From Patescibacteria group bacterium (GTDB lineage Bacteria > Patescibacteriota > Patescibacteriia > UBA10025 > JAHIVO01): a stretch of DNA of 64,000 bases. Where the stretch lies: positions 557,942 through 621,941 of the forward strand of contig JBMOKY010000001.1 of the NCBI GenBank assembly GCA_049325535.1. The letters run 5' to 3'. Every line of letters starts with the position of its first letter. The stretch's first letter is position 1. Positions 36,637 to 46,565 of this stretch are shown piece by piece. The notes below the pieces were generated by a model that saw only the letters and a list, made by a program, of their open reading frames with translations, did no database searches and was not told where the DNA came from. The position numbers were made by a program, and so were the translations under genes.

Positions 36637-38064
36637 TCAGATTTTTTTCAATACACTCATCGCGTTCTGAATTCGCTTCAGTGATTCATCAAATCCCAGT
36701 ACCGAAAGTACTTCATCAAAACCTGGACTCTGGGTACGGCCGGTAAGCGCAACCCGAAGCGGCCACAGCACCGTTTTATTACTCAACCCTAGTTCAGAAA
36801 TTGTTTTTTTAAAAAAATTCATAATTCCCGGTGCATTCCAACTATCTGCCGGGATCATCCTGAGCATATTAGCTGCCTGTTCTAAACTATGGCGTGCGGT
36901 TGCCGCGGACTCACCCTTTGCGATCAGCATGTTCGCATCAGCGTAGTGAACCGGTTCATAAAATATGGGCATATCATCAACTAAATCAGTCAGTCGGGTA
37001 GCCCTCGTACGCACGATGGCAAGTACCATTTCGATATTTGCATGCGCGGCATACTGACCGATAAACGGCCGGGCATACTCCAATAATTCATGTATGTCCA
37101 TCGTACGGATCATGATTGCATTGAGCCAATCCAGTTTATCTTGATTAAAAACGCCACTCGATTTATTCAGCTTATCCAAATCAAAAGCGCCCATCAATTC
37201 ACCCGGTGAAAAAAACTCTTTTTCAGTTTTTGGATTCCAGCCCAGCAGAGCAATAAAATTGAGAACTGCCCAGGGTACATATCCGAGCTTTTGGTACTCC
37301 AACGCTGGCACCGCCCCATGACGTTTGGATAGCTTTGACTTGTCAGTACCAAGAATAAGTGGTAAATGACAAAAAACCGGCGGTATCCAACCGAACGCTT
37401 GATACAGCAGTATATGTTTTGGTGTAGATGGAAGCCATTCTTCTCCCCGAATCACATGAGTGACATCCATATCGTGATCATCAACGACATTTGCCAAATG
37501 GTACGTAGGGAAACCATCTGATTTCAGCAGAACTTGATCGTCGATGCGCGCGTTTTCTACAGAGACAGATCCGTATACTTGATCCTGAAATGTAGTGACT
37601 CCCTTATCTGGCACTCGAAGACGAATAACGTGCGGCTCACCCGCTGCAATTTTTTTTTGTATTTCTGCGTCGCTAAGTTTTGACACGCTGAGGGCATCAT
37701 ATTTTATAGGGGTTCCCTGCAGCCGCTGTACTTCCCGCAAACGATTCAGTTCTTCGGGTGTTTCAAAGCTATAATACGCGTGGCCGTGTGCCACCAGTTG
37801 GTCGGCAAACGATCGATACAACTCGGTACGGTCTGATTGAAAAAAAGGTCCACGATCGGGTAGCAGCCCGTACCACTGCAATGCGTGCTGAATATTTTCT
37901 ACTGCCCCCTCGACATACCGCTGTCGATCAGTGTCTTCGATGCGCAAAATAAATACTCCGTTATTTTTTTTAGCCCAGAGCCAATTAAACAGCGCGGTAC
38001 GCAAGCTGCCGATATGGAGCATACCAGTCGGCGATGGTGCAAATCGAACGGTAATAGGTGGCAT
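36637..38064 (-). CDS. gltX: Glutamyl-tRNA synthetase
   Basis: RFAPSPTGMLHIGSLRTALFNWLWAKK (HIGH) and KLSKRHG (KMSKS). Confidence 0.9.
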   Translation of the reverse strand: MPPITVRFAPSPTGMLHIGSLRTALFNWLWAKKNNGVFILRIEDTDRQRYVEGAVENIQHALQWYGLLPDRGPFFQSDRTELYRSFADQLVAHGHAYYSFETPEELNRLREVQRLQGTPIKYDALSVSKLSDAEIQKKIAAGEPHVIRLRVPDKGVTTFQDQVYGSVSVENARIDDQVLLKSDGFPTYHLANVVDDHDMDVTHVIRGEEWLPSTPKHILLYQAFGWIPPVFCHLPLILGTDKSKLSKRHGAVPALEYQKLGYVPWAVLNFIALLGWNPKTEKEFFSPGELMGAFDLDKLNKSSGVFNQDKLDWLNAIMIRTMDIHELLEYARPFIGQYAAHANIEMVLAIVRTRATRLTDLVDDMPIFYEPVHYADANMLIAKGESAATARHSLEQAANMLRMIPADSWNAPGIMNFFKKTISELGLSNKTVLWPLRVALTGRTQSPGFDEVLSVLGFDESLKRIQNAMSVLKKI

Positions 38065-38070
38065 ATACTG

Positions 38071-39198
38071 CTAAAAACCCTTTATCGAATAAAATAACTC
38101 CAGTGCTACTCCCAACAGCAACAGTCCGATGAGTGCGCTACCGAGAAGCCGGTAGCTGGATAAGCGTGGGGACTGTTGGCGCTTTTTCAGCTGCAAAAAA
38201 ATAAGTGTTACCAGCACACCGTCGAGACCCAGCGTGATTGCTCCGGTCATACCGATGACGCTGATAAAATCCTGAAGACCAAGAACAAATACTACCAACG
38301 GTACGAACACCGCAAGCATCCATGACCTAAATTTGGGAATGCGGTAATCATACCAGAATAGTTTTTGGATGGTCAATCCGAGCGTAATGAAGGAAGTAAA
38401 GGTCGTAATCAGACCGAAGATGTAACCGATTTTGAGGACATTGGTTCCCAGCACACGCTGCAGTCCTGAAATCGCGTCGGAAGTTGTCTCGCTTCCGCTG
38501 ACCCCGAGGATGAGGTATGTAAATGCCAGATAGACGGCGGCGCATATGATGAGTCCCCATACGATGACCCGTCCGATTTTTTTGAAATCCCCCTGTAACT
38601 GTTCCCTGATCTCGGGTATTATCGATGCGCCCCAGAGCGAAAAAAGCACCACGCCATACGGAACAAAGAAGTGTGTCCAATCAATTACCTTAAAATTGTC
38701 ATGATTGATATGACTTGCGCCGCTCACGAATAGCAAAATAATGATGGCAAAAAAAATAAAGAGCAGAATGAGCTCTACAGGGCCGATTGAGCTGGTACCA
38801 CGCCAAATAATCAATGCCCCAAATATGAAAAAAATAAACGTATAGAGAATCACGGAACCGCCAAGCAATCCGGCTAAGAATTGGCCACCCACGATGAGAT
38901 ATCCGAGCAATGCCCCGTACAAACCTAATATTTGAACCAGAAATGCCGACGGTTTTCCCCAGCTGCCGAGATACTGTGCGGCGTATCCCGGAAGTCGATG
39001 GTGCCCCTGTGTATGAACTGCCACTGATGCAAACATCCGATTTACCATCAGCGCAATGGCTCCTCCGAGCAATAAATACAAAACCACCAAACCAAAGCCA
39101 GCTTGGGCTGCCACATACGGCAGACCAAACAGCCCGACTCCCATGATCGTGCCAATATAGGTAGCTAAAGCAAATACCGATGCGCGACGGGTTTCCAT
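38071..39198 (-). CDS. Polytopic membrane transporter, amino-acid permease-like (Trp/Tyr permease family-like)
   Basis: 375 aa, about 11 TM helices. The N-terminal LFGLPYVAAQAGFGL resembles aromatic amino-acid / hydroxy-amino-acid permeases. Confidence 0.45.
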   Translation of the reverse strand: METRRASVFALATYIGTIMGVGLFGLPYVAAQAGFGLVVLYLLLGGAIALMVNRMFASVAVHTQGHHRLPGYAAQYLGSWGKPSAFLVQILGLYGALLGYLIVGGQFLAGLLGGSVILYTFIFFIFGALIIWRGTSSIGPVELILLFIFFAIIILLFVSGASHINHDNFKVIDWTHFFVPYGVVLFSLWGASIIPEIREQLQGDFKKIGRVIVWGLIICAAVYLAFTYLILGVSGSETTSDAISGLQRVLGTNVLKIGYIFGLITTFTSFITLGLTIQKLFWYDYRIPKFRSWMLAVFVPLVVFVLGLQDFISVIGMTGAITLGLDGVLVTLIFLQLKKRQQSPRLSSYRLLGSALIGLLLLGVALELFYSIKGF

Positions 39199-39200
39199 AC

Positions 39201-39716
39201 CTATCTCACAAAACGCTGATTAAATGCTGACTGGAAAGCCTGCGCATCCGATTCCGAGTGTAGAACAAATATAATTGTTTTGAAATCCGGGTGCTGAGCA
39301 AGAAAAGTCTCGGCTGCTTCCATCTGAATCTCGGCCGCCTGCTGAATCGGAAACTGGCCGATACCGGTACCGATCGACGGTATGGCCATCGAAGAGATGC
39401 CAAGTTCCGCGGCACGGCGGTACATATTTGCCACTGAGCTCCGCAAATGTTGCTCTGTGGTAGTCGAACCCAGCCGCATAGAAGCAACGTGAATGACGTA
39501 TTTTGCCTTCAATGAACCCGCGTCAGTGACCGCGGCCTCGCCGAGCGGAATGGGGCTGATGTTGTCCGATTCACGCTGGATAATGTCCCCTCCTGCCTTA
39601 ACAATAGCTGCGGCGAGTCCGCCGCCATGCACCAGCTCATCATTTGCCGGATTCACTATCGCATCGGCTATCTCACGCGTGATGTCTCCGATTTTTATGA
39701 CAATTTTTTCCTTCAT
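39201..39716 (-). CDS. Macro-domain protein (ADP-ribose-binding / O-acetyl-ADP-ribose deacetylase-like)
   Basis: IKIGDITREIADAIVNPANDELVHGGGLAAAIVKAGG is the classic macro-domain signature. Confidence 0.8.
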   Translation of the reverse strand: MKEKIVIKIGDITREIADAIVNPANDELVHGGGLAAAIVKAGGDIIQRESDNISPIPLGEAAVTDAGSLKAKYVIHVASMRLGSTTTEQHLRSSVANMYRRAAELGISSMAIPSIGTGIGQFPIQQAAEIQMEAAETFLAQHPDFKTIIFVLHSESDAQAFQSAFNQRFVR

Positions 39717-39774
39717 GGTGACCTAAGTATAACAAAAAACAGCCCAATATTCAAATCAGCTGTATAGTAAAAAA

Positions 39775-40344
39775 CTAATGGGTCGGCGCCGAACTGGTGG
39801 GTTTTTTATTCAGTGACCGCTGAATCCAAACGATCATGCAAATGATTATGATAACGGCGGTCAGCAGTACAAAGTATTTACCATACAGCGGATGATGCTT
39901 GAGTGAATATGCCAAAGCCTCATACACCAGCCGTATAGTAATCCACGAAGAAAAAATCGTGAGGACAACGCGAAAAATCTTATTAATCAAGTTCTTCTTG
40001 TTCATGTTCAGCAGTACCACTGCGACGATGCATATGAGGGCGGCCGGTACGATGACATCAGCATGAAGCAATAACCGCGCCGCTTCGTATTGCTGCAAAT
40101 CGCAATTGCCCACCACCCGCGGTGTCTCAAATATGCGCTGTAAGGACGTGCCGCTCGCCTTGCACTGTGCGAATTGAGGGTTAAAATGCTTATTGATATC
40201 CAGCAAGCCGAGCTCAATGGTAATGGCCATGATCAGGATCAAAATCATAGCAAAAAAGGCCGCAGCGCCAGATACCCGCTCACTGTCAGTGTGGACGGCT
40301 GCTTTTGGTTTTGACTCGCTGATTTCAAATACCGGTACTGGCAT
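39775..40344 (-). CDS. Hypothetical membrane protein
   Basis: 189 aa, 4 TM helices. Confidence 0.4.
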   Translation of the reverse strand: MPVPVFEISESKPKAAVHTDSERVSGAAAFFAMILILIMAITIELGLLDINKHFNPQFAQCKASGTSLQRIFETPRVVGNCDLQQYEAARLLLHADVIVPAALICIVAVVLLNMNKKNLINKIFRVVLTIFSSWITIRLVYEALAYSLKHHPLYGKYFVLLTAVIIIICMIVWIQRSLNKKPTSSAPTH

Positions 40345-40397
40345 ATAGTAAAATAATAATCTATTACCCTAGCGAATTTCGAATCAATTGTCAAGCC

Positions 40398-41438
40398 CTA
40401 CTCATTCACCGGAACGGGAAAGAGGTGCCCGGGGCCGATTGGATTATATCCGTTACGAATTTCCCCACCATCAGGAAAGCCGTCCTGATCGCTATCGGCA
40501 TTCGATGGGTCAGATGCAAAAATATTTTCCCAGAATGTATACAACCCATCGGCATCAGGATCCTGCATTACATCACCCAAATCTATGCCCACGAGAGCGC
40601 CAAACAGTGGGATATCCAGCAGATTGGTACGCTGAAAAAGGTCCGGAGCAAAATTTTCAAACGGTTCGGTAGCGGCCGGCTCGGTTACGGTCACCGGCTC
40701 GCCATAGCGAGAAATAATCAGCTGAAATTGTGACGGCTGGCCCCGATGAGCGACCATATACAGTCGTGTGTCGAATTTTCCGATGTGCAGCGTAACTGGC
40801 ACGGTACCGGATGTCAGTAACTGTTGGGGTATCCATGGTAGATATGATCGGAGGGCCACCAATCGCATATCAGCCTCATACTGATACACCTGAGTGTGAC
40901 CGATATCGACATCCTCTAAACGACGGGTAACGGTAAAAAGTGGTTCTGTCGATACATCACGATCAATTGTTCCTGATGCATTGGGAAATCGATACCAGAC
41001 TCCATCAACGCTTGACAGTTCCATAAACGGAACTGCCGGCACTTCAGAGAATCGGACATATACCCAGTCACTCGTGAGGCGAGTTTCCACATCCGTCAAA
41101 AAACGGAGCGTTTGAATTTCAAACTGACCATGGGTGGTCATGGAACCACGTACTACCGGCTCACGCTGTCCCTGAAACACCGTGGTCAGCTCCGCACGTA
41201 TAGGTATACTCAAAAATTCAGTATCAGTCCGCGCTATGAATTCGTATTGGGCTGTTACGGTGTCATGCAAAGCCAGTTCCATGGCTGAGATAACCGCAAC
41301 CGGCGTTCGCTCAAAAACTGGAATCGTTACTACGCGTTCTATAAAAGGAATAGGGTGCCCCATATACACCAGCAATGCTACTGCTCCACACAGTGCGAGT
41401 ATAAGTGCGCTCAAGCTAATTTTGAGAATGATGTTCAT
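40398..41438 (-). CDS. Secreted or membrane-anchored hypothetical protein with C-terminal thrombospondin-type-3-like Ca-binding repeats
   Basis: N-terminal TM. C-terminal DPDADG ... DSDQDGFPDGGE D-x-D-x-DG motifs. Confidence 0.45.
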   Translation of the reverse strand: MNIILKISLSALILALCGAVALLVYMGHPIPFIERVVTIPVFERTPVAVISAMELALHDTVTAQYEFIARTDTEFLSIPIRAELTTVFQGQREPVVRGSMTTHGQFEIQTLRFLTDVETRLTSDWVYVRFSEVPAVPFMELSSVDGVWYRFPNASGTIDRDVSTEPLFTVTRRLEDVDIGHTQVYQYEADMRLVALRSYLPWIPQQLLTSGTVPVTLHIGKFDTRLYMVAHRGQPSQFQLIISRYGEPVTVTEPAATEPFENFAPDLFQRTNLLDIPLFGALVGIDLGDVMQDPDADGLYTFWENIFASDPSNADSDQDGFPDGGEIRNGYNPIGPGHLFPVPVNE

Positions 41439-41456
41439 GCAGAAGTGAGTATACCG

Positions 41457-42206
41457 CTATTCCCCTACTTCCTCCAGCCAGGGTACGGCGTGCGTAACGG
41501 AAACTCCTGAAGCTAATGTGTGAGCAATGGTATCCAATGGGATAATCGGCCCAGGAACTGAAATACCAAAAGAATAATACTTACCATCAGATATGACAGT
41601 GGCTCCTGTCTCGTCGATCATGAGCACGGCTGGATCAGCTACTCCATTATCTATGATGGCAAATCGGCCATCACATGAGCCACAGGAAAAATCGGCAGAT
41701 GATGTACATTCATCACATTCGGCGATACGTACCACTTTCCCCGATACTACATAGGTGCCATAGTCATAATTTGCGCTCACTAAATCTGAAACGAGTACCG
41801 GCTCAAAACCAGCAAAAGCAGCATCCGTCCGGCAATATGAGGTTATTTCTACGCAGTCATCTAGCGCAGTACTGCAAGCGGTATCGCTCTGCCCATCACT
41901 GGTGCAGGATTGAGCTGTCAAATTGTCATCATACCAAGCCACGGAGGTACCTGCAGCATTGGTGAGCACATATGTGGATGACCCATCGACAGTACAGCGA
42001 TAGAGGCGGAAATCATCAGTATCTAAGTCGTCCGGGCAAAGCACATCGAGCCAGTTGCTACTCTGATTAACAAATACTGGGCCATCGTTTTGCGTACGGT
42101 GCGTGACAATATACAGGCCCACGCCAAGCGCAATAATGCCGACAACCACTCCGAGTGCAATAAAAAGCATGTTTGACCGGGATGTAATGTGTGTTGTTTC
42201 AGCCAT
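41457..42206 (-). CDS. Cys-rich (12 Cys) membrane-anchored secreted hypothetical protein
   Basis: TM anchor followed by a Cys-rich domain (CDECTSSADFSCGSCDG). Start placed at ATG 42206, an 8-nt overlap with the upstream transporter. The longer ORF extends to 42266. Confidence 0.4.
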   Translation of the reverse strand: MAETTHITSRSNMLFIALGVVVGIIALGVGLYIVTHRTQNDGPVFVNQSSNWLDVLCPDDLDTDDFRLYRCTVDGSSTYVLTNAAGTSVAWYDDNLTAQSCTSDGQSDTACSTALDDCVEITSYCRTDAAFAGFEPVLVSDLVSANYDYGTYVVSGKVVRIAECDECTSSADFSCGSCDGRFAIIDNGVADPAVLMIDETGATVISDGKYYSFGISVPGPIIPLDTIAHTLASGVSVTHAVPWLEEVGE

Positions 42207-43089
42207 GGGACGCGCGATTATGCTTTTGTACCTGATAAATGCCGAAGAGGAGCACTGCACCACCAATGATTTGTGGTACCACCAATGTCTGATCGAGAAA
42301 AAACCAATTCAATATCACAGCTGCAAAAGGAAAAAAAAGCTCAGCAATGGTGGCGATGGACGCCTTTGTATGTCGCAACCCTCCATAGTATAGCAGCAGG
42401 GCGCCAGTACCCGGCACCAGAGTTATCAATATAAGTGACCAGACATCACCACTCGATACATCGCCAAGTGAGGCCAGTGTTCGCTGCGTCGTCATCAGTA
42501 CCGTGATAAACATCAGGGCAACGAGCAACCGAATGACGGTCAATGCGGCAAAACTTATTTTGGTCACCACCATACGCCCAAAAACCGTCGAGGCACCCCA
42601 GAAAAATGCAGCAGCAAGTGCCAGATAAATACCCCGGCTGTCGCTCAAGGAAAAATTAATATGCCCATCGGGAAACGAGACAAAAAAAGCACCAACGATG
42701 GCGACGAAAGCCCACAGTAAAAAGTGTTTATTGAGTCGTTCCTTCAGTAGCAGTGCCGCCAGTGATATAGCCAGCAATGGCTGAACTTTTTGCAGTAAAA
42801 TACTAACTGAGGGTGACACATACAAAAAAGATTGCGTGAAAAATAATGTGGCCAAAGCAGACCCCCCGACGCCAATACATAAGATAGCCATCCAATCCTT
42901 CCGGTTGAGATTGCGGAATTCAGACAATTTTAAAAAAAGGACTGGTAACAGTAGCACCACTCCAAAAAGATGTTCATAAAAAACAATCACCTGGCTCGGC
43001 ACGTGTCCAGTCAGTGGCAGCCGGATGAGCGCATCAGTACTCCATAGAAAGGCGGCAAATACTATGACATATGGGGCAAAGCGTTTCAT
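42199..43089 (-). CDS. DMT-superfamily transporter with two EamA domains
   Basis: 296 aa, 10 TM, internal duplication typical of EamA/RhaT-type exporters. Confidence 0.7.
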   Translation of the reverse strand: MKRFAPYVIVFAAFLWSTDALIRLPLTGHVPSQVIVFYEHLFGVVLLLPVLFLKLSEFRNLNRKDWMAILCIGVGGSALATLFFTQSFLYVSPSVSILLQKVQPLLAISLAALLLKERLNKHFLLWAFVAIVGAFFVSFPDGHINFSLSDSRGIYLALAAAFFWGASTVFGRMVVTKISFAALTVIRLLVALMFITVLMTTQRTLASLGDVSSGDVWSLILITLVPGTGALLLYYGGLRHTKASIATIAELFFPFAAVILNWFFLDQTLVVPQIIGGAVLLFGIYQVQKHNRASHG

Positions 43090-43095
43090 GAACTA

Positions 43096-43566
43096 TCAGT
43101 AATGATAGGCACTGCCACTCAAAATCATTCCTGCTCGATAGAGCTGTTCTAGAAGAATGACACGGCTCATCTGATGGGTAAATGTCATTTTTGCTAGGGA
43201 CAGAATTACCGTTGCTTTTTTCAGTACCAGCGGAGATACCCCCAGTGGGCCACCGATAACGAAGGTGATTTTTTTCCCAAAACGTGACCAGTCATCGAGC
43301 TGGTCGGCCCACTCACGCGAGGAAAACATTTTACCCGCCCGATCTAAAGCGATAACAAAAGTATCCTTTGGGATGACACGAATTATCCGTTCTGCTTCTA
43401 CACTGATGATACGCTCCCGGTCGGTCACTTTGGTGATTTTTTCCTCGGGTACTTCTATGATCGTAACCTTCGCATGATGAGCCAGCCGTTTGAGATACTC
43501 CTCGACAGCCGCTCGCCAATGTGGCTCTTTGATACTCCCCACGGAAATGATAGTCACGTCCAGCAT
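43096..43566 (-). CDS. rlmH: 23S rRNA (pseudouridine1915-N3)-methyltransferase RlmH
   Basis: 155-aa SPOUT protein. MLDVTIISVGSIKEPHWRAAVEEYLKRL, FVIGGPLG. Confidence 0.8.
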   Translation of the reverse strand: MLDVTIISVGSIKEPHWRAAVEEYLKRLAHHAKVTIIEVPEEKITKVTDRERIISVEAERIIRVIPKDTFVIALDRAGKMFSSREWADQLDDWSRFGKKITFVIGGPLGVSPLVLKKATVILSLAKMTFTHQMSRVILLEQLYRAGMILSGSAYHY

Positions 43567-43927
43567 ATATATTTATGCTACAGCAGGATAGAGGTTTTGA
43601 CAAATAAAAAAGGGCCCAGGTACGTGATTGTACCGAGGCCGCAGTTTTATATGATTATGGTAGAAGTATTACTACTCCGACCATAAATGTTGACAGGCCG
43701 ACGAGCAGCACGAGCGTCTCTACTAAGAGAGCCGACAATGCCACCACGCCACGTGATCGCTTGTGAGAATGACGACGACTACGTCTCATTGAGAACAGTA
43801 GCAGTACGCCACCAAAAGCGACCATGAATTCGGGTGAGAAGTTCATGGCCATGCATATTAATGATTAGGCAGGCCAGGGACTCCATCACTATGTAATGAG
43901 CATTCCCCCAACGCTGAATAGTACCAC

Positions 43928-43958
43928 ACTGCACCACCCCCGTCAAGGGGGTGGTGCA
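43928..43958. repeat. Perfect 13-bp-stem hairpin: CTGCACCACCCCC gtcaa GGGGGTGGTGCAG
   Basis: Read directly from the sequence in the gap downstream of the DUF2207 gene. No flanking U-tract on either strand. Confidence 0.7.
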
Positions 43959-43981
43959 GATTGTAATATATTATAGTCAAT

Positions 43982-45691
43982 TTACCAGCTCCCGCCGCCT
44001 CCGCCACCGAAACCACCACCGGAAAAACCACCACCACTAAAACCCGAGCGGCCGGAACCAGCCGAGCTCGGATGGCTAGCAGCAACTGAACTAAAATTTG
44101 ATGACATATCATGAAGCGCAGTTGCTAGAAATACAGCACCGAAGGCATTTGCAGATCCCCCCTCATACCAATCCGGGGGCGTCAGGTACATACCGTCAAA
44201 TTGCGACGCCCACTGCTGCTCTACCTGGAGTGCCATGGCATACGGTAAAAAATTTTCAAATTGTTTAGGTGATTTTTCCGGTGCATTATGAAATTTCAAT
44301 CGCTCTTTCTCTGTAACTGATAGGAACCACTTAAATCCGCTAATATGTTCATGCGCGAGTACACCTTTATTTGTTTTGCGCGGCATAGCCTGGGCCACAA
44401 ACAGTCCGATGATGCCCAGTAGAGCGGTGAGCACGCCGGCAGCAATATTACCGAAGAAACTAACCGAAAAACCGATGATGATAATCAGAGCGGCCACCCC
44501 ACTGTATGCGTGTCGTACTTTTTCCGGACTGGTCGGAAAATACCCCTGTTCTACCACCCGGTCATACATTGATTTTTTTATGTCTGGAAGGTTTGTGTAA
44601 AATTTATTTTTAAGCGTGCTCAAACGGATGGAAGTGACCGTGCCAAACATGGCATCCATTATTTTTTCCTCATGCTTCTCCAGGCGATCATCAACCGGTT
44701 GTACTTTGATAAATTCATAATCAACTTTTGTTTTTAGTATTTTCTTTTCCTCAAGCCGTTTTATCTTGACATATCCTTTTACCGCCAACTGGATGATAGT
44801 TGCCGATAAATCACGTAGATCCGCGCGCTCATCGACAATAGTACCCACTAAACCGGCTGATAAGCCGTCTGGGGGATCATACTGCGGTATAATCGTTTTT
44901 CGGCCTTTGGGATCTCGGCCGCGGCTATACCACACATACACCATACCGATTACCAAAATCAACGGTATAACTACCGCCCAGTTATCCGCCACAAACCACG
45001 ACAGGCGCTGGCTAGCACTTGGCGGAGTGGTAATACCTTTGGGCCATCCTAAAACGACCGTCAAGCCTTCACCGGTACCGAGGAATGTGTCTGCGGTATA
45101 AACCGTTACTGCGCCGTTTTCCTTTTCGATACCACAATAGGAATCAGACGATCCGTATAGTCCGGTAAAACATTGACTCAGTCGCTGGTCCGCGTTCAAT
45201 TCAGTGGGGAGCGTCACCGATGCTTCCGCAGCGTCAATCGGTACGTCCCAGTCATTTCCGGTAACATTCCAAAAAAACTCGTCATGCTCACTGAAGTAAT
45301 TTATAGCTCTGGTGACAGAATACGTGATGACGTATGTCTGCACTCCAGAAATTGTCCGGTTGGCATCACCGATTTTCAAACTGAGTATCCCACCGGATCG
45401 GCTTTCACTATACGGCCAGGACACGCCGAGACCATCGGTCACCGAGAGCACCTCCACGCGGAGATTGTAGCGCGCACCATTTCGATCATATGAATATGGA
45501 ATATCACGAAATATGCCATGCCGCTCAGCCACATCAAAATCGTATTGAATTGTTTCAGAGATGATTATGCTACTGTCAGGCTTGATGGTTATCTCATCGG
45601 TAAATGAAATGATCCTTTCGCCGATGGCGAAAGCGCTGTGCGCATACAATACACTGACCGCTACTATGGTAAATACAAATATTTTTTTCAT
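43982..45691 (-). CDS. DUF2207-family membrane protein with a Gly/Ser-rich C-terminus
   Basis: Signal peptide, a large extracytoplasmic domain, TM helices, and a C-terminal GSGRSGFSGGGFSGGGFGGGGGGSW tail typical of DUF2207. Confidence 0.7.
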   Translation of the reverse strand: MKKIFVFTIVAVSVLYAHSAFAIGERIISFTDEITIKPDSSIIISETIQYDFDVAERHGIFRDIPYSYDRNGARYNLRVEVLSVTDGLGVSWPYSESRSGGILSLKIGDANRTISGVQTYVITYSVTRAINYFSEHDEFFWNVTGNDWDVPIDAAEASVTLPTELNADQRLSQCFTGLYGSSDSYCGIEKENGAVTVYTADTFLGTGEGLTVVLGWPKGITTPPSASQRLSWFVADNWAVVIPLILVIGMVYVWYSRGRDPKGRKTIIPQYDPPDGLSAGLVGTIVDERADLRDLSATIIQLAVKGYVKIKRLEEKKILKTKVDYEFIKVQPVDDRLEKHEEKIMDAMFGTVTSIRLSTLKNKFYTNLPDIKKSMYDRVVEQGYFPTSPEKVRHAYSGVAALIIIIGFSVSFFGNIAAGVLTALLGIIGLFVAQAMPRKTNKGVLAHEHISGFKWFLSVTEKERLKFHNAPEKSPKQFENFLPYAMALQVEQQWASQFDGMYLTPPDWYEGGSANAFGAVFLATALHDMSSNFSSVAASHPSSAGSGRSGFSGGGFSGGGFGGGGGGSW

Positions 45692-45701
45692 ATGTCCTAC
45701 A

Positions 45702-46451
45702 TTAATGATTTGATCGGGCCACCGCTATGCTAAAACGAATAACCGCAGTTACGATTCGAGAAAAACGCCACGGCTGACGTAGTAACCGAAAGAGCCATTC
45801 CAATCCAAGCTTCCGCATCCATCGTGGCGCCCGTCGTATTTTGCCGGAAATATAATCAAAGCTTCCTCCTACTCCCATCGCCACTCGTACCGACGGCAGC
45901 AGTGGCAAATGATGATAGAGCCATTTCTCCTGCTTCACCTGCCCAAATGCCACAAACAAAATATCCGGCCGGGCGGCACTGATCATGCGAATAAGTTTTT
46001 TATCGGGTATCGGTCGGTGCCAGTGACGATAACCACTTTCCGCTCCGACGATGTGAAGCTCCGGATACTGCTTCACCAGCACTGCCGCGGTGCGAGCAGC
46101 GACGCCTCGTCGTGCGCCAAGCAAATACACCCTCCGTCCGGTACGTGCTGCAAACGCGGCGATATCCATGAGTAGATCTATACCTGGTATTCGCTGCTTC
46201 AGGCGGAAACCGAAACGGCGCGCAGCCAGGGTAATACCAAAACCATCAGCAACGGCAATATCGGCATGATTCAATATGTGCCGAAATTCATCATCATGCT
46301 GCGCCTGCATGATAAATTCGGGGTTAACGGTTACGATCAAATGCGCTCTGTCTGATTGAGCATAGGATGCCACCTGATCCATCACCTGGCTGCGGTCAAT
46401 ATTATCAATAGTTACGCCGAGCATCTCAATTTTCATACGCTCAGTATACAA
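45702..46451 (-). CDS. WecB/TagA/CpsF-family glycosyltransferase (GT26)
   Basis: LIVTVNPEFIMQA ... IAVADGFGITLAARRFG ... YLLGARRGVAA are the WecG/TagA motifs. Confidence 0.75.
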   Translation of the reverse strand: MYTERMKIEMLGVTIDNIDRSQVMDQVASYAQSDRAHLIVTVNPEFIMQAQHDDEFRHILNHADIAVADGFGITLAARRFGFRLKQRIPGIDLLMDIAAFAARTGRRVYLLGARRGVAARTAAVLVKQYPELHIVGAESGYRHWHRPIPDKKLIRMISAARPDILFVAFGQVKQEKWLYHHLPLLPSVRVAMGVGGSFDYISGKIRRAPRWMRKLGLEWLFRLLRQPWRFSRIVTAVIRFSIAVARSNH

Positions 46452-46565
46452 TGTCCGCCAACCTTAGACAATCAGCGAAGATATGACCCCCACCGCTCTC
46501 TCGGTATTCCCACCACCGAGATACTATGCTAAAATATAAACCCAATGTAACTATTAATAGGCTAT

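Noticed and set aside
43655-43852. 65-aa minus-strand ORF (MAMNFSPEFMVAFGG...)
   Set aside because: It has Arg/Ser/His-rich low-complexity stretches, no SD and no homology signal. It was left unannotated as a probable non-coding spacer.
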